Of a DNA stretch of 64,000 nt, positions 47,738 to 58,513 are shown piece after piece. This DNA is from a virus, in the IMG/VR virus record IMGVR_UViG_3300020185_000024, positions 1-64,000 of that record; one strand, 5' to 3'. Position 1 is the stretch's first letter; every line of letters starts with the position of its first letter. A program made the translations under genes and the position numbers. Under the pieces are notes generated by a model that was given only the letters and a program-made list of their open reading frames with translations, made no database searches and was not told the DNA's origin.

Positions 47738-49980
47738 TGGCATATCCAAACAAAACTACTGGAGCTAAACCTTCAGGTCAAATTAATTTACTTCAATCTT
47801 TACAAGTTGCTTCTTATGGTAATAATGTATCTTTATTAGACTCTAAAGAGATTAAAGGAGGACTTCACTATATTAAGCATATTGGAGACTTAACTGATAC
47901 AGATTGGGATGGTATAATGCCTTCTAGAAAGCAAGATGGTATGATGGCTTATGTTCATTATGAGAATGATGGAACCACTCTTAGAGATAAATACTATAAG
48001 CTTAAACCAGGAACTGCAGGAACTACAATTACTGATTGGGAAGAACTTTCATTTGGTGGAAGTACTCTAGTTATTAACAATATACAAACTGTAGCTGATA
48101 TTGCAGCAAGAGATGCTTTAACTGGAATGGTTAATGGAGATGTAACTCATGTTACAGATGCTTCTGCAGATGCAGCAGTACCTAGTGGTGGAGCTTCTTA
48201 TATATACGATGGTTCTACTTGGACTAGAATATTAGGAGCAAATGGTATTAATCCATCAGATGTAGCTTCAAATACTGCAGCCAGACATCAAAAAAACGAA
48301 GATACAGCTCTAGATGCTTCTGGATTGAATATAACTGCCAGTTTAATTAATACTCATATTAATGATATTAATCAACATGCTCCTATTAATGATTTAGCAG
48401 GACTTACTAATACTAATGAATTATGGTCAGCAGATAAAATACAAACAGAGTTAAATGTAATTATAGCAGATACAAATGCTAACAGTTCAGATGTCGCCAC
48501 TTTATCTGCAGCATTATCTAATAAGGTAGACAAAATCACAGGATACTCTTTAATAGAAGATGCTGAAAAAACTAAAATACATACTAGAAATAAAGATACA
48601 GCAATTAAAGTATCCGACTTTCCAGACTTAGATGGAAGTGGAGCAGCTATAACAAACATACCTGAACTAAGACAAGTATTTTCTGCCAATTTAGATATAG
48701 GAACTATTGTAACTTATGTAGATGCTTCAACAGATAAAGAAGTCAAATATATACTTACTGCTAATAATTCTACAGATAATGGAGGATCTACAATAAGACC
48801 TGTAGATTATGCTACCTCTACTAATGAAAAAGTATGGGAAGTAATAGGATTAGGAATATATGGTATTAATGATATTGCAGATGTAGATGTTTCTGGCATA
48901 GGAGTAGGAAATATTTTAGTATGGAACGGTACTGAATTTGTAATAGGCGGTGGATTTAGTGTAACAGACATAGATGATTTATCAGATGTAGATACTACAA
49001 CTACAACTCCTAATACTGGAGAATTTCTTAAATGGGACGGTAGTAACTGGGTTCCTGCTATAATACCTACTATAAATGCTATAGATGATATAGGAGATGT
49101 TGACACTACTTCTGCTGTACCTAGCGTTGGTGAATTTCTTAAGTGGGACGGAACTAATTGGGTACCTGCTGCAATAATAGAAGCTAGCGGAAGTGTTGAC
49201 GAACACAGCGATGTAGACACTACTACTTCTGCACCAACTACAGGGGAATTTCTTAAATGGAATGGTAGCAATTGGATACCTGCGGCAATAGTAGAGGCTA
49301 ATGGTACTATTGACAGTCATAGTGATGTAGATTTATCTACTCCTCCTGGAAATGGTCAAATATTATTATATAATTCTAGTACTGGAAAATGGTTGCCAAG
49401 TCCTGTTCCTTTTACTATTACTGAAATTAGTGATTTAACAGATGTAGATACTAGTGGTGCAGTTTCTGGAGAATTTTTAAAATGGGATGGTATAAATTGG
49501 ATACCTGATGCAATACCTACTATCAACACTATAAATGATATTGGAGATGCAACTATTACAGCAGCTACTACTGGAGATATTATTCAATGGAATGGTTCTG
49601 CTTGGGTTAATATACCTTTACCTTCTAGTAATCCTACTAGTGTTGTAGCATCTGCTGTACTAAGCACATTTGTAGTAAGTAGTCACACAACATTTGATTT
49701 AAGTGGTGCTAATCTTGCTCATAAAGTTATTGAAGTAAATATGGACGAAGCTTTTAGTGGAAACTTAACATTTACTAATGGAGTTAAAGGTACTAAGTAT
49801 ACTATAAGATTAACTACGGCTACTACAGCTTTTTCTCCTACAATAAATTTAGCAGCTACAACAAAAGTAAGAAGTGCTACAGCTTTAATTGCTCCTAACA
49901 ATAGTGATTGGACACATGAATATCATGTAGAGTTTGACGGTACTAACTATTGGGTAACACCAGAATATGACCAAAACTAA
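47737..49980 (+). CDS. Tail fibre protein with tandem DxxDVD...GxxLxWxGxxWxP repeats
   Basis: About seven 35-40-aa repeats in the C-terminal half. Confidence 0.8.
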   Translation: MAYPNKTTGAKPSGQINLLQSLQVASYGNNVSLLDSKEIKGGLHYIKHIGDLTDTDWDGIMPSRKQDGMMAYVHYENDGTTLRDKYYKLKPGTAGTTITDWEELSFGGSTLVINNIQTVADIAARDALTGMVNGDVTHVTDASADAAVPSGGASYIYDGSTWTRILGANGINPSDVASNTAARHQKNEDTALDASGLNITASLINTHINDINQHAPINDLAGLTNTNELWSADKIQTELNVIIADTNANSSDVATLSAALSNKVDKITGYSLIEDAEKTKIHTRNKDTAIKVSDFPDLDGSGAAITNIPELRQVFSANLDIGTIVTYVDASTDKEVKYILTANNSTDNGGSTIRPVDYATSTNEKVWEVIGLGIYGINDIADVDVSGIGVGNILVWNGTEFVIGGGFSVTDIDDLSDVDTTTTTPNTGEFLKWDGSNWVPAIIPTINAIDDIGDVDTTSAVPSVGEFLKWDGTNWVPAAIIEASGSVDEHSDVDTTTSAPTTGEFLKWNGSNWIPAAIVEANGTIDSHSDVDLSTPPGNGQILLYNSSTGKWLPSPVPFTITEISDLTDVDTSGAVSGEFLKWDGINWIPDAIPTINTINDIGDATITAATTGDIIQWNGSAWVNIPLPSSNPTSVVASAVLSTFVVSSHTTFDLSGANLAHKVIEVNMDEAFSGNLTFTNGVKGTKYTIRLTTATTAFSPTINLAATTKVRSATALIAPNNSDWTHEYHVEFDGTNYWVTPEYDQN

Positions 49981-52505
49981 TGGTAGAAAAAGCACCTATA
50001 TATAAAGCACCTAATGGCGCAAAAGTTATTCAACATGTTGGCTCTATTTATGGAGATACTTTGTTAGATGACATTACTGTACCTAGTCAAAATGGTAGAG
50101 TAGTACAACCTGGAAGGTGTGTAAAGGGAGATGTAGGTAATGCTACTGATATTCAAATAAATCTTTCTAGCTCTACAACAGATGCTATTTGGATAGGCGA
50201 AATCTATCAAAAAGTTGTATTTTTTGCAGACTCATCTCAGACTCACAACTATATACTTAATATAGAGTCATCTGCCAGTGCACCCGCTAGAGTTTACTAT
50301 AGAGGTACTGACGGAGTAATGGCATGTAGAGTTCTTGGTGTTACAAAAAGTATAAGTGACACAGTCAATTTAGATGAATGGAACACTTTTGAATTTTGGT
50401 TTAGTAATACAGAAGCTATTGTTGTGATAAATAGTGGAACTCCAGAAGTAATAGGTACTCATACCACTACAGCTAATTATAATTTTCATATTTTTAATAA
50501 TACTTTATTAGCTTATAAAAGTAACTACACTCCTGCTAAAGTATCAGAATACTTAGTTAGGAATGTAACATTAGGCATAGATTTAATTCATTGGGTTTTT
50601 GATGAAGGGAATGGAGATACTATACATAGTATTGTAGATAATGGATTAGGAACAAATGATGTAACTGGAACTATAATGAATAGGCAATCCGATACTTGGG
50701 TAGAAGATGGAACTATATCTAGTAGTTATGTTAATGATAATGGTTATACGGATAATCTAGGAATAATAGTCCCTGCTGCTTTAAATTCAAGTACGCTAGA
50801 TGCTTTAGGGAATACTCTTGAATATTCTGGCAAAACTTCTTATACGCCTAAAATAGTTAATCAACCTTGTTTAACTTCTGATGGTACACAAACATTATCA
50901 TTTACAAATTTAACAGGTATAAACATAGTTTCTTATGAGGGAACTTCTATTGCTAGTAAAAGTGGAAATACAATTACACTAACTCCTGGTACAATATATA
51001 ATTTAATTTTAGATGATGGTACTCTACTACCTTTACAAGAAAGTGATGGACGCACAGCTTATGCAATAGGTGGTACAGCAGGAAATGCAACTATTATTAA
51101 TTACTTAGCTACTAATTGGACAGATAACACGCAAGATAGTTATGCTAGAAATGCTTTATTAGGCTATAATAATATGTCTTCTTCTGGTAAACTATTTACT
51201 GATTTTACAAATGATTTAGGAGGTGTAGATTACGCTAGTGGTAGTGCTTTAACTCTTTCGCATGACGTTATAAATGGACTACTTAGATTAGAAAATTCAG
51301 ATGTTAATTCTTATTTATATTTAAAGCCTAATAGTAGTATTGCTTCAAGTGGCCCGTCTAGGTGGGTATTTAAAATTAAATTTACAACTGGTAGAGGGAA
51401 TGGTAGTTTTAAATTACTTGCTGCAAATACTAGCTCTTACGCAATAACATTAAATTATACAGATGGGGTTTGGATGGAGTTTGATATTAATCCCCCATTT
51501 ACTTATATAAATACTACCCAATGGAGAATAGAGCCAGTAGGAGGGATGTTGGTTGGAGATGTAATTGAAATGGATTATTGGTATATTGCCAATATTGGTA
51601 AAGTTTCAGTAAAAACTTCAAATGTTTATGAAGATGCTTTAGGTAATACAGCTTCTCACCCTAATCCTGGAGGTAGAAAACTTTTAGAAGGAATAGATTT
51701 AAAACTTAATCCTAATAATGCTCCTGCTTTAGTTCAGGCAGGTATTACCGACACTACCATTATAGGAAGTGAATATGGTAAAAATAATAATATCATAAAT
51801 GGTGAAAATATTTCAAGAGACATTATAGTATATGATAATCCTCCAGATTTTCCTAGAAATTACTGGGATGAATTTAGTTTTAAGGGTGGCTTAGTCTATC
51901 CAAATACATCAGGAACTTATACTAAAATGGCAACTAACTTCATTAATGGTTCTGATTGGTCATTTTCTGGTTGGTTTATTTTTTCTTCTATTTCGGGAGT
52001 ACGTTTAATTGGAAGCAGTTTTGGTTCTTCATTTGTTTTTTTAACAAACGCTTCTATATTAAGAGTAAATCAAGCTGGAGCAAGTGACTTATCTTTTTCA
52101 GTATCTATTCCCTTAGACACTAAAGTTCATATTGGAATAAGTGTTATTGGATTACAAACTAAAGTTTATGTTAATTCAGTAGAAAGTTCTACTGGTGCTT
52201 TAACTGCCACAGATAGCGCTCAAAATTCTTTTGATAGATTTGGGGCAACGAATAGTGGAGTAGCTCAACAAATTAATGGAGTTCAATCTGAAACTGCTTT
52301 TTGGAATACTGGTTTATCCCAAGACGAGTTCAAATATCTTTTTAATAAAGGAAGAGGAAGGTACTCAAATAAAATAAAAGAAGGTAATCTTGTACATTGG
52401 TGGGATTTTAATAGCTTGAAAACACCTACAACTGTAGAAGATTTAAAAGGTATTAATACTTTAACTTTAAAATCTTTTCCTACTGAAAAAATAGTAAACT
52501 TTTAA
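49980..52505 (+). CDS. Receptor-binding protein with LamG/concanavalin-like domains
   Basis: IHWVFDEGNGDT, WSFSGWF, VHIGIS, VYVNS, LVHWWDFN. Confidence 0.7.
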   Translation: MVEKAPIYKAPNGAKVIQHVGSIYGDTLLDDITVPSQNGRVVQPGRCVKGDVGNATDIQINLSSSTTDAIWIGEIYQKVVFFADSSQTHNYILNIESSASAPARVYYRGTDGVMACRVLGVTKSISDTVNLDEWNTFEFWFSNTEAIVVINSGTPEVIGTHTTTANYNFHIFNNTLLAYKSNYTPAKVSEYLVRNVTLGIDLIHWVFDEGNGDTIHSIVDNGLGTNDVTGTIMNRQSDTWVEDGTISSSYVNDNGYTDNLGIIVPAALNSSTLDALGNTLEYSGKTSYTPKIVNQPCLTSDGTQTLSFTNLTGINIVSYEGTSIASKSGNTITLTPGTIYNLILDDGTLLPLQESDGRTAYAIGGTAGNATIINYLATNWTDNTQDSYARNALLGYNNMSSSGKLFTDFTNDLGGVDYASGSALTLSHDVINGLLRLENSDVNSYLYLKPNSSIASSGPSRWVFKIKFTTGRGNGSFKLLAANTSSYAITLNYTDGVWMEFDINPPFTYINTTQWRIEPVGGMLVGDVIEMDYWYIANIGKVSVKTSNVYEDALGNTASHPNPGGRKLLEGIDLKLNPNNAPALVQAGITDTTIIGSEYGKNNNIINGENISRDIIVYDNPPDFPRNYWDEFSFKGGLVYPNTSGTYTKMATNFINGSDWSFSGWFIFSSISGVRLIGSSFGSSFVFLTNASILRVNQAGASDLSFSVSIPLDTKVHIGISVIGLQTKVYVNSVESSTGALTATDSAQNSFDRFGATNSGVAQQINGVQSETAFWNTGLSQDEFKYLFNKGRGRYSNKIKEGNLVHWWDFNSLKTPTTVEDLKGINTLTLKSFPTEKIVNF

Positions 52506-52507
52506 CA

Positions 52508-53053
52508 ATGAAAGCAATAATACATACACAAAACATAGCATCTCTAATGACATCAGAGGTTGTGAAAGACCAACTTCTTTTTGGACTTATTCTTAATTTA
52601 ATAGGGGCTCAGACTAATGGTGGTTTACCTAAAGAACATATTCCTGGAAAATTAGTATTTCCTAACATAGATAATAATGACTGCCCTTTAAGTTATTATA
52701 AAACATTTTATAATGAAGATAAAGTAACTATGAGCGAGTATCCTTTGTTCATATATGCTCCAATAGCATTTTTAGAAACAAATGTATTTACAGGTTTACC
52801 TAATGCTACTACATTTGATGAAAATGATAATGAAGTTTCAGTTAAATGGAAAGATTGGAGAGCTGATGAACATTATACTCAACCTTTATATAAAAATGAA
52901 ACTCATTGTATTATAAGCTGTCAGTCTTTTGGTAAATACTTAACAGAAGCTGAAGTAGCAAATATTATTTCCAATGAAGAAAATTCTGGAATAGAGCTAT
53001 TAGGAATAAACGAACTTAATGCTAAACTTAATTTATTTATAGAAGAAGAATGA
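52508..53053 (+). CDS. Hypothetical protein (possible fibre chaperone)
   Basis: 181 aa directly after the receptor-binding protein. Confidence 0.6.
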   Translation: MKAIIHTQNIASLMTSEVVKDQLLFGLILNLIGAQTNGGLPKEHIPGKLVFPNIDNNDCPLSYYKTFYNEDKVTMSEYPLFIYAPIAFLETNVFTGLPNATTFDENDNEVSVKWKDWRADEHYTQPLYKNETHCIISCQSFGKYLTEAEVANIISNEENSGIELLGINELNAKLNLFIEEE

Positions 53054-53550
53054 AACTATCAGAAATAGAAAATAACATCCGACATGGAGACATCATATTA
53101 ATAAGAAAGAACAGGTTCATAAGCAAAGCTATTTGTACTTGGACCAATTCTTTCTTTAGTCATGTAGGCGTAATAGTCAAACATGGAGATAAATGGTTTA
53201 TAGTAGATTCTAATGAGAAAGGAGTAGATATAGATCCTTTGGTTCGCAGACTTGAAACTACAGAAGCAGTTAGCATATTGAGACCTAAAGCTTCAAAAGT
53301 TAAAATCAATAAAGCAGTTAAAGAACTAGAGAAGTTTACAGATACTAAAACTCCCTATGATTTTTTATTGTTTTTAAGAATTGCTATAGAAACAGCTATA
53401 AAAGTGAAACTAAATTTTAACACTAAAGGTTTTACTTGTTCAGAGTTCTCAGCATTATATCTATCTTTGTTGTCTTTTAATCACGGGTTAAAAGAAAATT
53501 GTATACCTCAAGAGTTTGCAAAAGTATCACAACTTAAAAAAATAATATAA
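53050..53550 (+). CDS. Permuted papain-like NlpC/P60 (YiiX/YebB-type) enzyme
   Basis: GDIIL, SHVGV (His before Cys), PYD, TCSEF. Confidence 0.85.
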   Translation: MKLSEIENNIRHGDIILIRKNRFISKAICTWTNSFFSHVGVIVKHGDKWFIVDSNEKGVDIDPLVRRLETTEAVSILRPKASKVKINKAVKELEKFTDTKTPYDFLLFLRIAIETAIKVKLNFNTKGFTCSEFSALYLSLLSFNHGLKENCIPQEFAKVSQLKKII

Positions 53551-53662
53551 TGAGTAGACTAAAAGAGCTAAAAGCAACAGAAAATGCTTATACTGATAGC
53601 AATTATATAGAAAGTAAAAATGATAAATATTACTTAAGTACCGCAAGAATTTTAAAACAATA

Positions 53663-54034
53663 ATGATGAATTTACTATTTTTTTCTCTTGAACAAATTGT
53701 AGAAGCTGTATCTACTATAGGTTTATCTGCAACTTTAATATTATTGTTAGTAGGAGGATTAATACTCGGCATATGGAAAAGTGTTCCTATACTATATGAC
53801 AGAATAATCAACAAACAAGTAGAAACTGACGAAAAACAAAATTTGACAATTAAAGAGCTAGAAGAAAAAGTCATAGCTATTCAAATAGAAACTCAAAGCA
53901 TATTAAAAGATATAGCCTCTAATAAAGATATTTCTGATGAAAAACATACTTCTTTGATCACTAGGTTAATAGCTTTAGAGTTAGCAGTTACTAAATTGAC
54001 TGATTACATATTAACAGCTTCTTTAAATAAATAA
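53663..54034 (+). CDS. Putative holin-like membrane protein
   Basis: One TM segment plus coiled coil, upstream of the endolysin. Confidence 0.5.
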   Translation: MMNLLFFSLEQIVEAVSTIGLSATLILLLVGGLILGIWKSVPILYDRIINKQVETDEKQNLTIKELEEKVIAIQIETQSILKDIASNKDISDEKHTSLITRLIALELAVTKLTDYILTASLNK

Positions 54035-54038
54035 ACCT

Positions 54039-54488
54039 ATGAAAGAATTATCTTTACATGAAAAGGTAGACTTCATTATAAAACAAGATGTTTTAAAAAG
54101 AGTAGCACCTATATCAGAAAAAGAACAATTAGAATTAATTGATAAACTTTGCGATGGATATAGCGTTATAGATGTTAGCTGGACAGGACCATCTTATAGT
54201 ATAGACCAAAAACTTTCTTTATCTTTTTATGAAAATATAGGCTACACAAAAGAAGACATTGAATCTTATCAAAATGGAACTTTTGATAGAGCAGATAAAA
54301 AAGCTTTAAATACTCTAGCATTTGATTTAAAATATACTTTAATGAATAATAAAGTAAGTAAAGGAAATTTAAATGTTAAAAGAGAAAATGAAAATAAAAT
54401 AGCACATGTAATGTATAAATATTGTCCTATTAAAGTAGATAGTCGAGGAAGAGTAACTAAAATTATAGGAGTCCAATATATATTGTAA
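54039..54488 (+). CDS. Hypothetical protein
   Basis: 149-aa ORF in the lysis cluster. Confidence 0.6.
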   Translation: MKELSLHEKVDFIIKQDVLKRVAPISEKEQLELIDKLCDGYSVIDVSWTGPSYSIDQKLSLSFYENIGYTKEDIESYQNGTFDRADKKALNTLAFDLKYTLMNNKVSKGNLNVKRENENKIAHVMYKYCPIKVDSRGRVTKIIGVQYIL

Positions 54489-54489
54489 T

Positions 54490-54957
54490 ATGAAACTAAG
54501 TAAAAACTTATCATTAAAAGAAGTAATTAAATCTAACACCGCTACTAAATACGGCATAGATAATAACCCAACTGCAGAGCATTTAGATGCTTTAAAAAAT
54601 ATTGCTATTAATGGTTTTCAACCTTTAAGAGAAGGATTAGGAATGCCAATATTTGTATCTTCAGGATATAGATCTCAAGCATTAAATGATAGAATTGGAG
54701 GAAGTAGTACTTCTCAACATTCTAAAGGAGAAGCTTTAGATGTAGATGCTGACGTATATGGTATAATTACCAACAAAGAAATATTTGATTACATATATGC
54801 TAACATAGACTTTGATCAATTAATCTGGGAATACGGAAATGATAAAGAACCAGATTGGGTACATTTTTCTATGAAGCTAAAAGGCAAAAATAGAAAAGAA
54901 GTTCTTAAGGTTAAAAAAGTAAAAGGTAAAAGCATATACAGTCACTTTAAGCCATAA
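54490..54957 (+). CDS. Endolysin, peptidase M15 family
   Basis: SSGYRS, SQHSKGEALD (SxH-x6-D), WVHFS. Confidence 0.9.
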   Translation: MKLSKNLSLKEVIKSNTATKYGIDNNPTAEHLDALKNIAINGFQPLREGLGMPIFVSSGYRSQALNDRIGGSSTSQHSKGEALDVDADVYGIITNKEIFDYIYANIDFDQLIWEYGNDKEPDWVHFSMKLKGKNRKEVLKVKKVKGKSIYSHFKP

Positions 54958-54961
54958 ATAA

Positions 54962-55606
54962 ATGATAAATTTAGATTTAGGAAATGTAATTAAAGCTTTA
55001 CTTCCAGTTGGATTAGGAGCATTATTAATGTTCTTATTAATGCAAACTTGTAATAGCAATAAAGAAAATGTTGTAATATCTTCAGATAGTACGCTAACCA
55101 TAATTTCAGATACTATTATAAACATAGATTCTATAATAACTTCTGTAAATAATCCAACTATCATTGATACATTACATGATACAAATTATGTAGATCGTTG
55201 GTTAAAACCTGAAAGTATCCATGACACAATTAAAGATAGCATCTTTATTCGTATTCCTGTTTTGGTATATTCTGATACCATTAGAACAAACAGTAATAAT
55301 ACCTTATGGTATAAAGCTATTGTGGAAGGAGAACTTAGAAAAATAGATTTAGGAGCTATTATTTCAGATACTATTATCAGAGATACAGTTAAAATTGTAA
55401 TTAACAATATCGAAGATAAAACAGACTTATATATAGGAGCAAGACTCAGATATGATTTTATAGGCAGTAATATAGACCAGATAACTATTCCTTTAGATTT
55501 AAATTTAAAGAACAGCAAATGGTCTTTCAATGTTTCACCTGGCTATAATATTGCAAATCAAGGATTTACATTAGGCGGAGGAGCTTCTTATAAGCTAGGC
55601 AAGTAA
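54962..55606 (+). CDS. Membrane-anchored protein after endolysin (possible spanin)
   Basis: N-terminal TM ending QTC, repeated DT(I/L) beta motifs, C-terminal amphipathic strands. Confidence 0.5.
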   Translation: MINLDLGNVIKALLPVGLGALLMFLLMQTCNSNKENVVISSDSTLTIISDTIINIDSIITSVNNPTIIDTLHDTNYVDRWLKPESIHDTIKDSIFIRIPVLVYSDTIRTNSNNTLWYKAIVEGELRKIDLGAIISDTIIRDTVKIVINNIEDKTDLYIGARLRYDFIGSNIDQITIPLDLNLKNSKWSFNVSPGYNIANQGFTLGGGASYKLGK

Positions 55607-55654
55607 ATAAGTATTTTTTACTACCTTTGTTATATTATTAATTAAAACTAAAAT

Positions 55655-56572
55655 ATGAATTTAGAGCAAGTAATAAGGAAAATGGAAGTCAATAAAAGTT
55701 ATTTAGAAAATGGCGCAGGTTATTTATCTAAAAAATTTAATTGTCGACCTGACATAATCAAAGAAGCAAAACAAATAATAAGAAATAAAAGAAAGACTCC
55801 AGAAATTAACGAAGATTTATTTAAAGAATTTTTAGAATATGCTAACGCTAAAAAGAAAGATCAACCTAAAAAGAAAAAGAAACAAAAACAATTGCCTCAG
55901 CCTTATCAAGGAGGAGATATAGATAACGTGTTAGTAATAGGAGACTTGCATGAACCATTTTGTTTAGAAGGTTATTTACAACATTGTAGACATGTACAAG
56001 AAGAATTAAACTGTGGAACAGTTATATTCATAGGAGATGTAATAGATAATCATTTCTCTAGTTATCATGAATCAGATCCTGATGGATTTGCTGCAGGTCA
56101 AGAACTAGACAGAGCTATAGATAAAATAGCAGATTGGCATAATGTATTTCCCAATTCTACAGTTCTCATAGGTAATCACGATAGACTAGTATATAGAAAA
56201 GCTACCACAGCAGGAGTATCTAGAAAATGGGTGAGAGACTTAGATGAAGTATTGGAAACACCTACTTGGACTTTTGTAGAAGAAGTTAATCTTCATGGTA
56301 ACAATTACAATCATGGAGAAGGCGGTACAGCAAGAAATAGAATGAAAGTAGAACATCAGTCGCAGATACAAGGACATTTACATTCTCAAGCTTATGTAGA
56401 ATTTTCTGTAGGACCAGATACTAGAATATTTGGAATGCAAGTAGGATGTGGAATAGATAGAAAATCTTACGCTATGGCTTATGGGAAAAACTTTAAAAAG
56501 CCTATTATATCTTGTGGCGCAGTCTTAAATAAAGGACAACACCCGATAGTAATACCAATGAACTTAAAATAA
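55655..56572 (+). CDS. Calcineurin-like metallophosphoesterase
   Basis: GDLHEP, GDVID, GNHD, NHG, GHLH; TACCTTTG element at 55622-55629. Confidence 0.9.
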   Translation: MNLEQVIRKMEVNKSYLENGAGYLSKKFNCRPDIIKEAKQIIRNKRKTPEINEDLFKEFLEYANAKKKDQPKKKKKQKQLPQPYQGGDIDNVLVIGDLHEPFCLEGYLQHCRHVQEELNCGTVIFIGDVIDNHFSSYHESDPDGFAAGQELDRAIDKIADWHNVFPNSTVLIGNHDRLVYRKATTAGVSRKWVRDLDEVLETPTWTFVEEVNLHGNNYNHGEGGTARNRMKVEHQSQIQGHLHSQAYVEFSVGPDTRIFGMQVGCGIDRKSYAMAYGKNFKKPIISCGAVLNKGQHPIVIPMNLK

Positions 56573-56578
56573 AAAACA

Positions 56579-57283
56579 ATGAGTGATATCACACCTAACA
56601 AGATTATATTTGCTACTAGAGAAGACATTAGGAGTTTATCTGATGATTCTAATATAGATGATAGAAACATTCTATTTGAATGGAACAATCAAAGAGCATT
56701 ATACCTTAGAAGAAGTCTAGATGCTAATAGCAGAATAATAGACGAAACCCTTATTCAAGATTTAGGCTGTGTGGAATTAGAATTAGCTCCTGCAGAATCT
56801 TGTTGTGATTTTGATAGCACTTGTAAAATAATAAGAACAAAGAAAGAAATTCCTGCTCCACTTTCACTAAGAGGTGCTACAGGATTAACCAGGATAGGCT
56901 CTATAGATAAATTTTATAGAAACTATTCTATAGTAACTTACGAGAAAGCTTTATACTCAGGCAATGGAAGAGCTTCTCAACTTGCTGTATATGGTTTTTA
57001 CTTAAATGGTAGAGTGCATTTAGTATCTAAGAACCCATCATTGTACAGACAAAAATGGATTAATATCAGAGGACTATTTGAAAATCCAGAAGATATCAGC
57101 TCATTTACCACCTGTGATGGAGATCCATGTTTTACATGGGACAGTCCATATCCTATTACAGCAGATATGGTGGCTATATTAAAACCAGAAGTAGTTAAAA
57201 TATTATTACAGAGATATTCTGTTCCTACTGACAGTTCTAATAATTCTAATGATGACACAGGTAAAGTAGTAGCAGGTAGATAA
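56579..57283 (+). CDS. Tail ring protein
   Basis: QDLGCVELE, INIRGLFENP, DSPYPI; crAss-like synteny. Confidence 0.65.
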   Translation: MSDITPNKIIFATREDIRSLSDDSNIDDRNILFEWNNQRALYLRRSLDANSRIIDETLIQDLGCVELELAPAESCCDFDSTCKIIRTKKEIPAPLSLRGATGLTRIGSIDKFYRNYSIVTYEKALYSGNGRASQLAVYGFYLNGRVHLVSKNPSLYRQKWINIRGLFENPEDISSFTTCDGDPCFTWDSPYPITADMVAILKPEVVKILLQRYSVPTDSSNNSNDDTGKVVAGR

Positions 57284-57292
57284 AAATAAAGA

Positions 57293-57799
57293 ATGAGAAT
57301 AATATCAGATTACGGAATAAGAGATTATTATAAATACTATGATAAAAACTATTGCGAACAAAAAACGTTTAACGCTTATAATGTAGGAGAAAAACTATAT
57401 AAAGAAATATTAAGAGCTTTCCTAAAAGAAGTAGGAGAACATATGATACAAAACAACTTAGAATTTAAAATGCCTTCTAGGTTAGGAGTACTATCAGTTA
57501 AAAAGTTTAAGCCTTCTTTTAAGACAGACGGAAATGGAAAACTAATTACTAGGTTTCCTATAGATTGGAAATCTACAAATGACTTATGGGCTAAGAAACC
57601 AGAACTAAGAAAAAAGAAATTCATTTATCATTTTAATCTTCATACTGACGAATACAGATATAAGTTTAAATACGATAAGCGAACAGCAAACTATCCTTGT
57701 AAAAATGTTTACATGTTTAAGTTTGCAAGACCTTTAAAAAGAGAATTAGCAGCTAACCTTAAGAATCCTAAATTCAAAGGAGACTTTTTTAAATTATAA
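57293..57799 (+). CDS. IHF/HU-like protein of the crAss tail module
   Basis: FKMPSRLGVLSVKK, IDWKST, FKFARPLKREL. Confidence 0.65.
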   Translation: MRIISDYGIRDYYKYYDKNYCEQKTFNAYNVGEKLYKEILRAFLKEVGEHMIQNNLEFKMPSRLGVLSVKKFKPSFKTDGNGKLITRFPIDWKSTNDLWAKKPELRKKKFIYHFNLHTDEYRYKFKYDKRTANYPCKNVYMFKFARPLKRELAANLKNPKFKGDFFKL

Positions 57800-57801
57800 T
57801 T

Positions 57802-58512
57802 ATGCATAACGGAAATTTCATACCTTTAGCTTCTACAATAGAAAAACTATTTAGAGATAACGATTACACCCAAGAAGTAGAACCATATGAAATATATGAA
57901 TGGGCCTACGAAGTATTGGACTATATTGGAGCACCTGAAACTTATAAACCTGCCTTTCATGATATTGTAGTATCTAAGTCTAGAGGAAATCTTCCGTGTA
58001 ATACAAAACAAATACAAGCTACTTTATGGGTTGATAAAAAACTACCTATGAGATATGCTGGAGATTTAATGCATAACTATTATCATTGCGAAAACTCAGA
58101 AGATACTACTTGTGACTCAGATGCAACTTATACAGTTACTAATGGTTACATATTCACTTCATTTAAAGAAGGTACTGTTAGAATGGCTACTTTAGATTAT
58201 TATGCTGATGAAGATGGCGGGCCATTAATTCCAGATGACTATAAAGTAATAAGAGCTGTGTCTGACTTTGTTAGATATAAAATTGATTATAAGCTTTGGA
58301 GAAAAGGAAAACTCAATGGAGATGTATTCCAATATTCAGAAAGAGAGTATTTACATAGCATAGGAGCAGCTAAAACAAGACTTGCTATAGGAACTTATGA
58401 TCAAATGAGATCTATAGCTAATAACAGCTTAAGATTAATTCCTAAGCTTAATGATTGGGAAACCTTTTTCAAACATACAGGCTCACAAGAAAAAAGAAAT
58501 AATTTAACTTAA
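57802..58512 (+). CDS. Tail tubular/ring protein
   Basis: DEDGGPLIPDD; immediately before the muzzle gene. Confidence 0.65.
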   Translation: MHNGNFIPLASTIEKLFRDNDYTQEVEPYEIYEWAYEVLDYIGAPETYKPAFHDIVVSKSRGNLPCNTKQIQATLWVDKKLPMRYAGDLMHNYYHCENSEDTTCDSDATYTVTNGYIFTSFKEGTVRMATLDYYADEDGGPLIPDDYKVIRAVSDFVRYKIDYKLWRKGKLNGDVFQYSEREYLHSIGAAKTRLAIGTYDQMRSIANNSLRLIPKLNDWETFFKHTGSQEKRNNLT

Positions 58513-58513
58513 T

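Noticed and set aside
48860-49620. Tandem repeats as a CRISPR array or DGR template/variable repeats
   Set aside because: They are degenerate in-frame protein repeats of a fibre; no constant repeat-spacer pattern, no adenine-specific variation and no reverse transcriptase in the window
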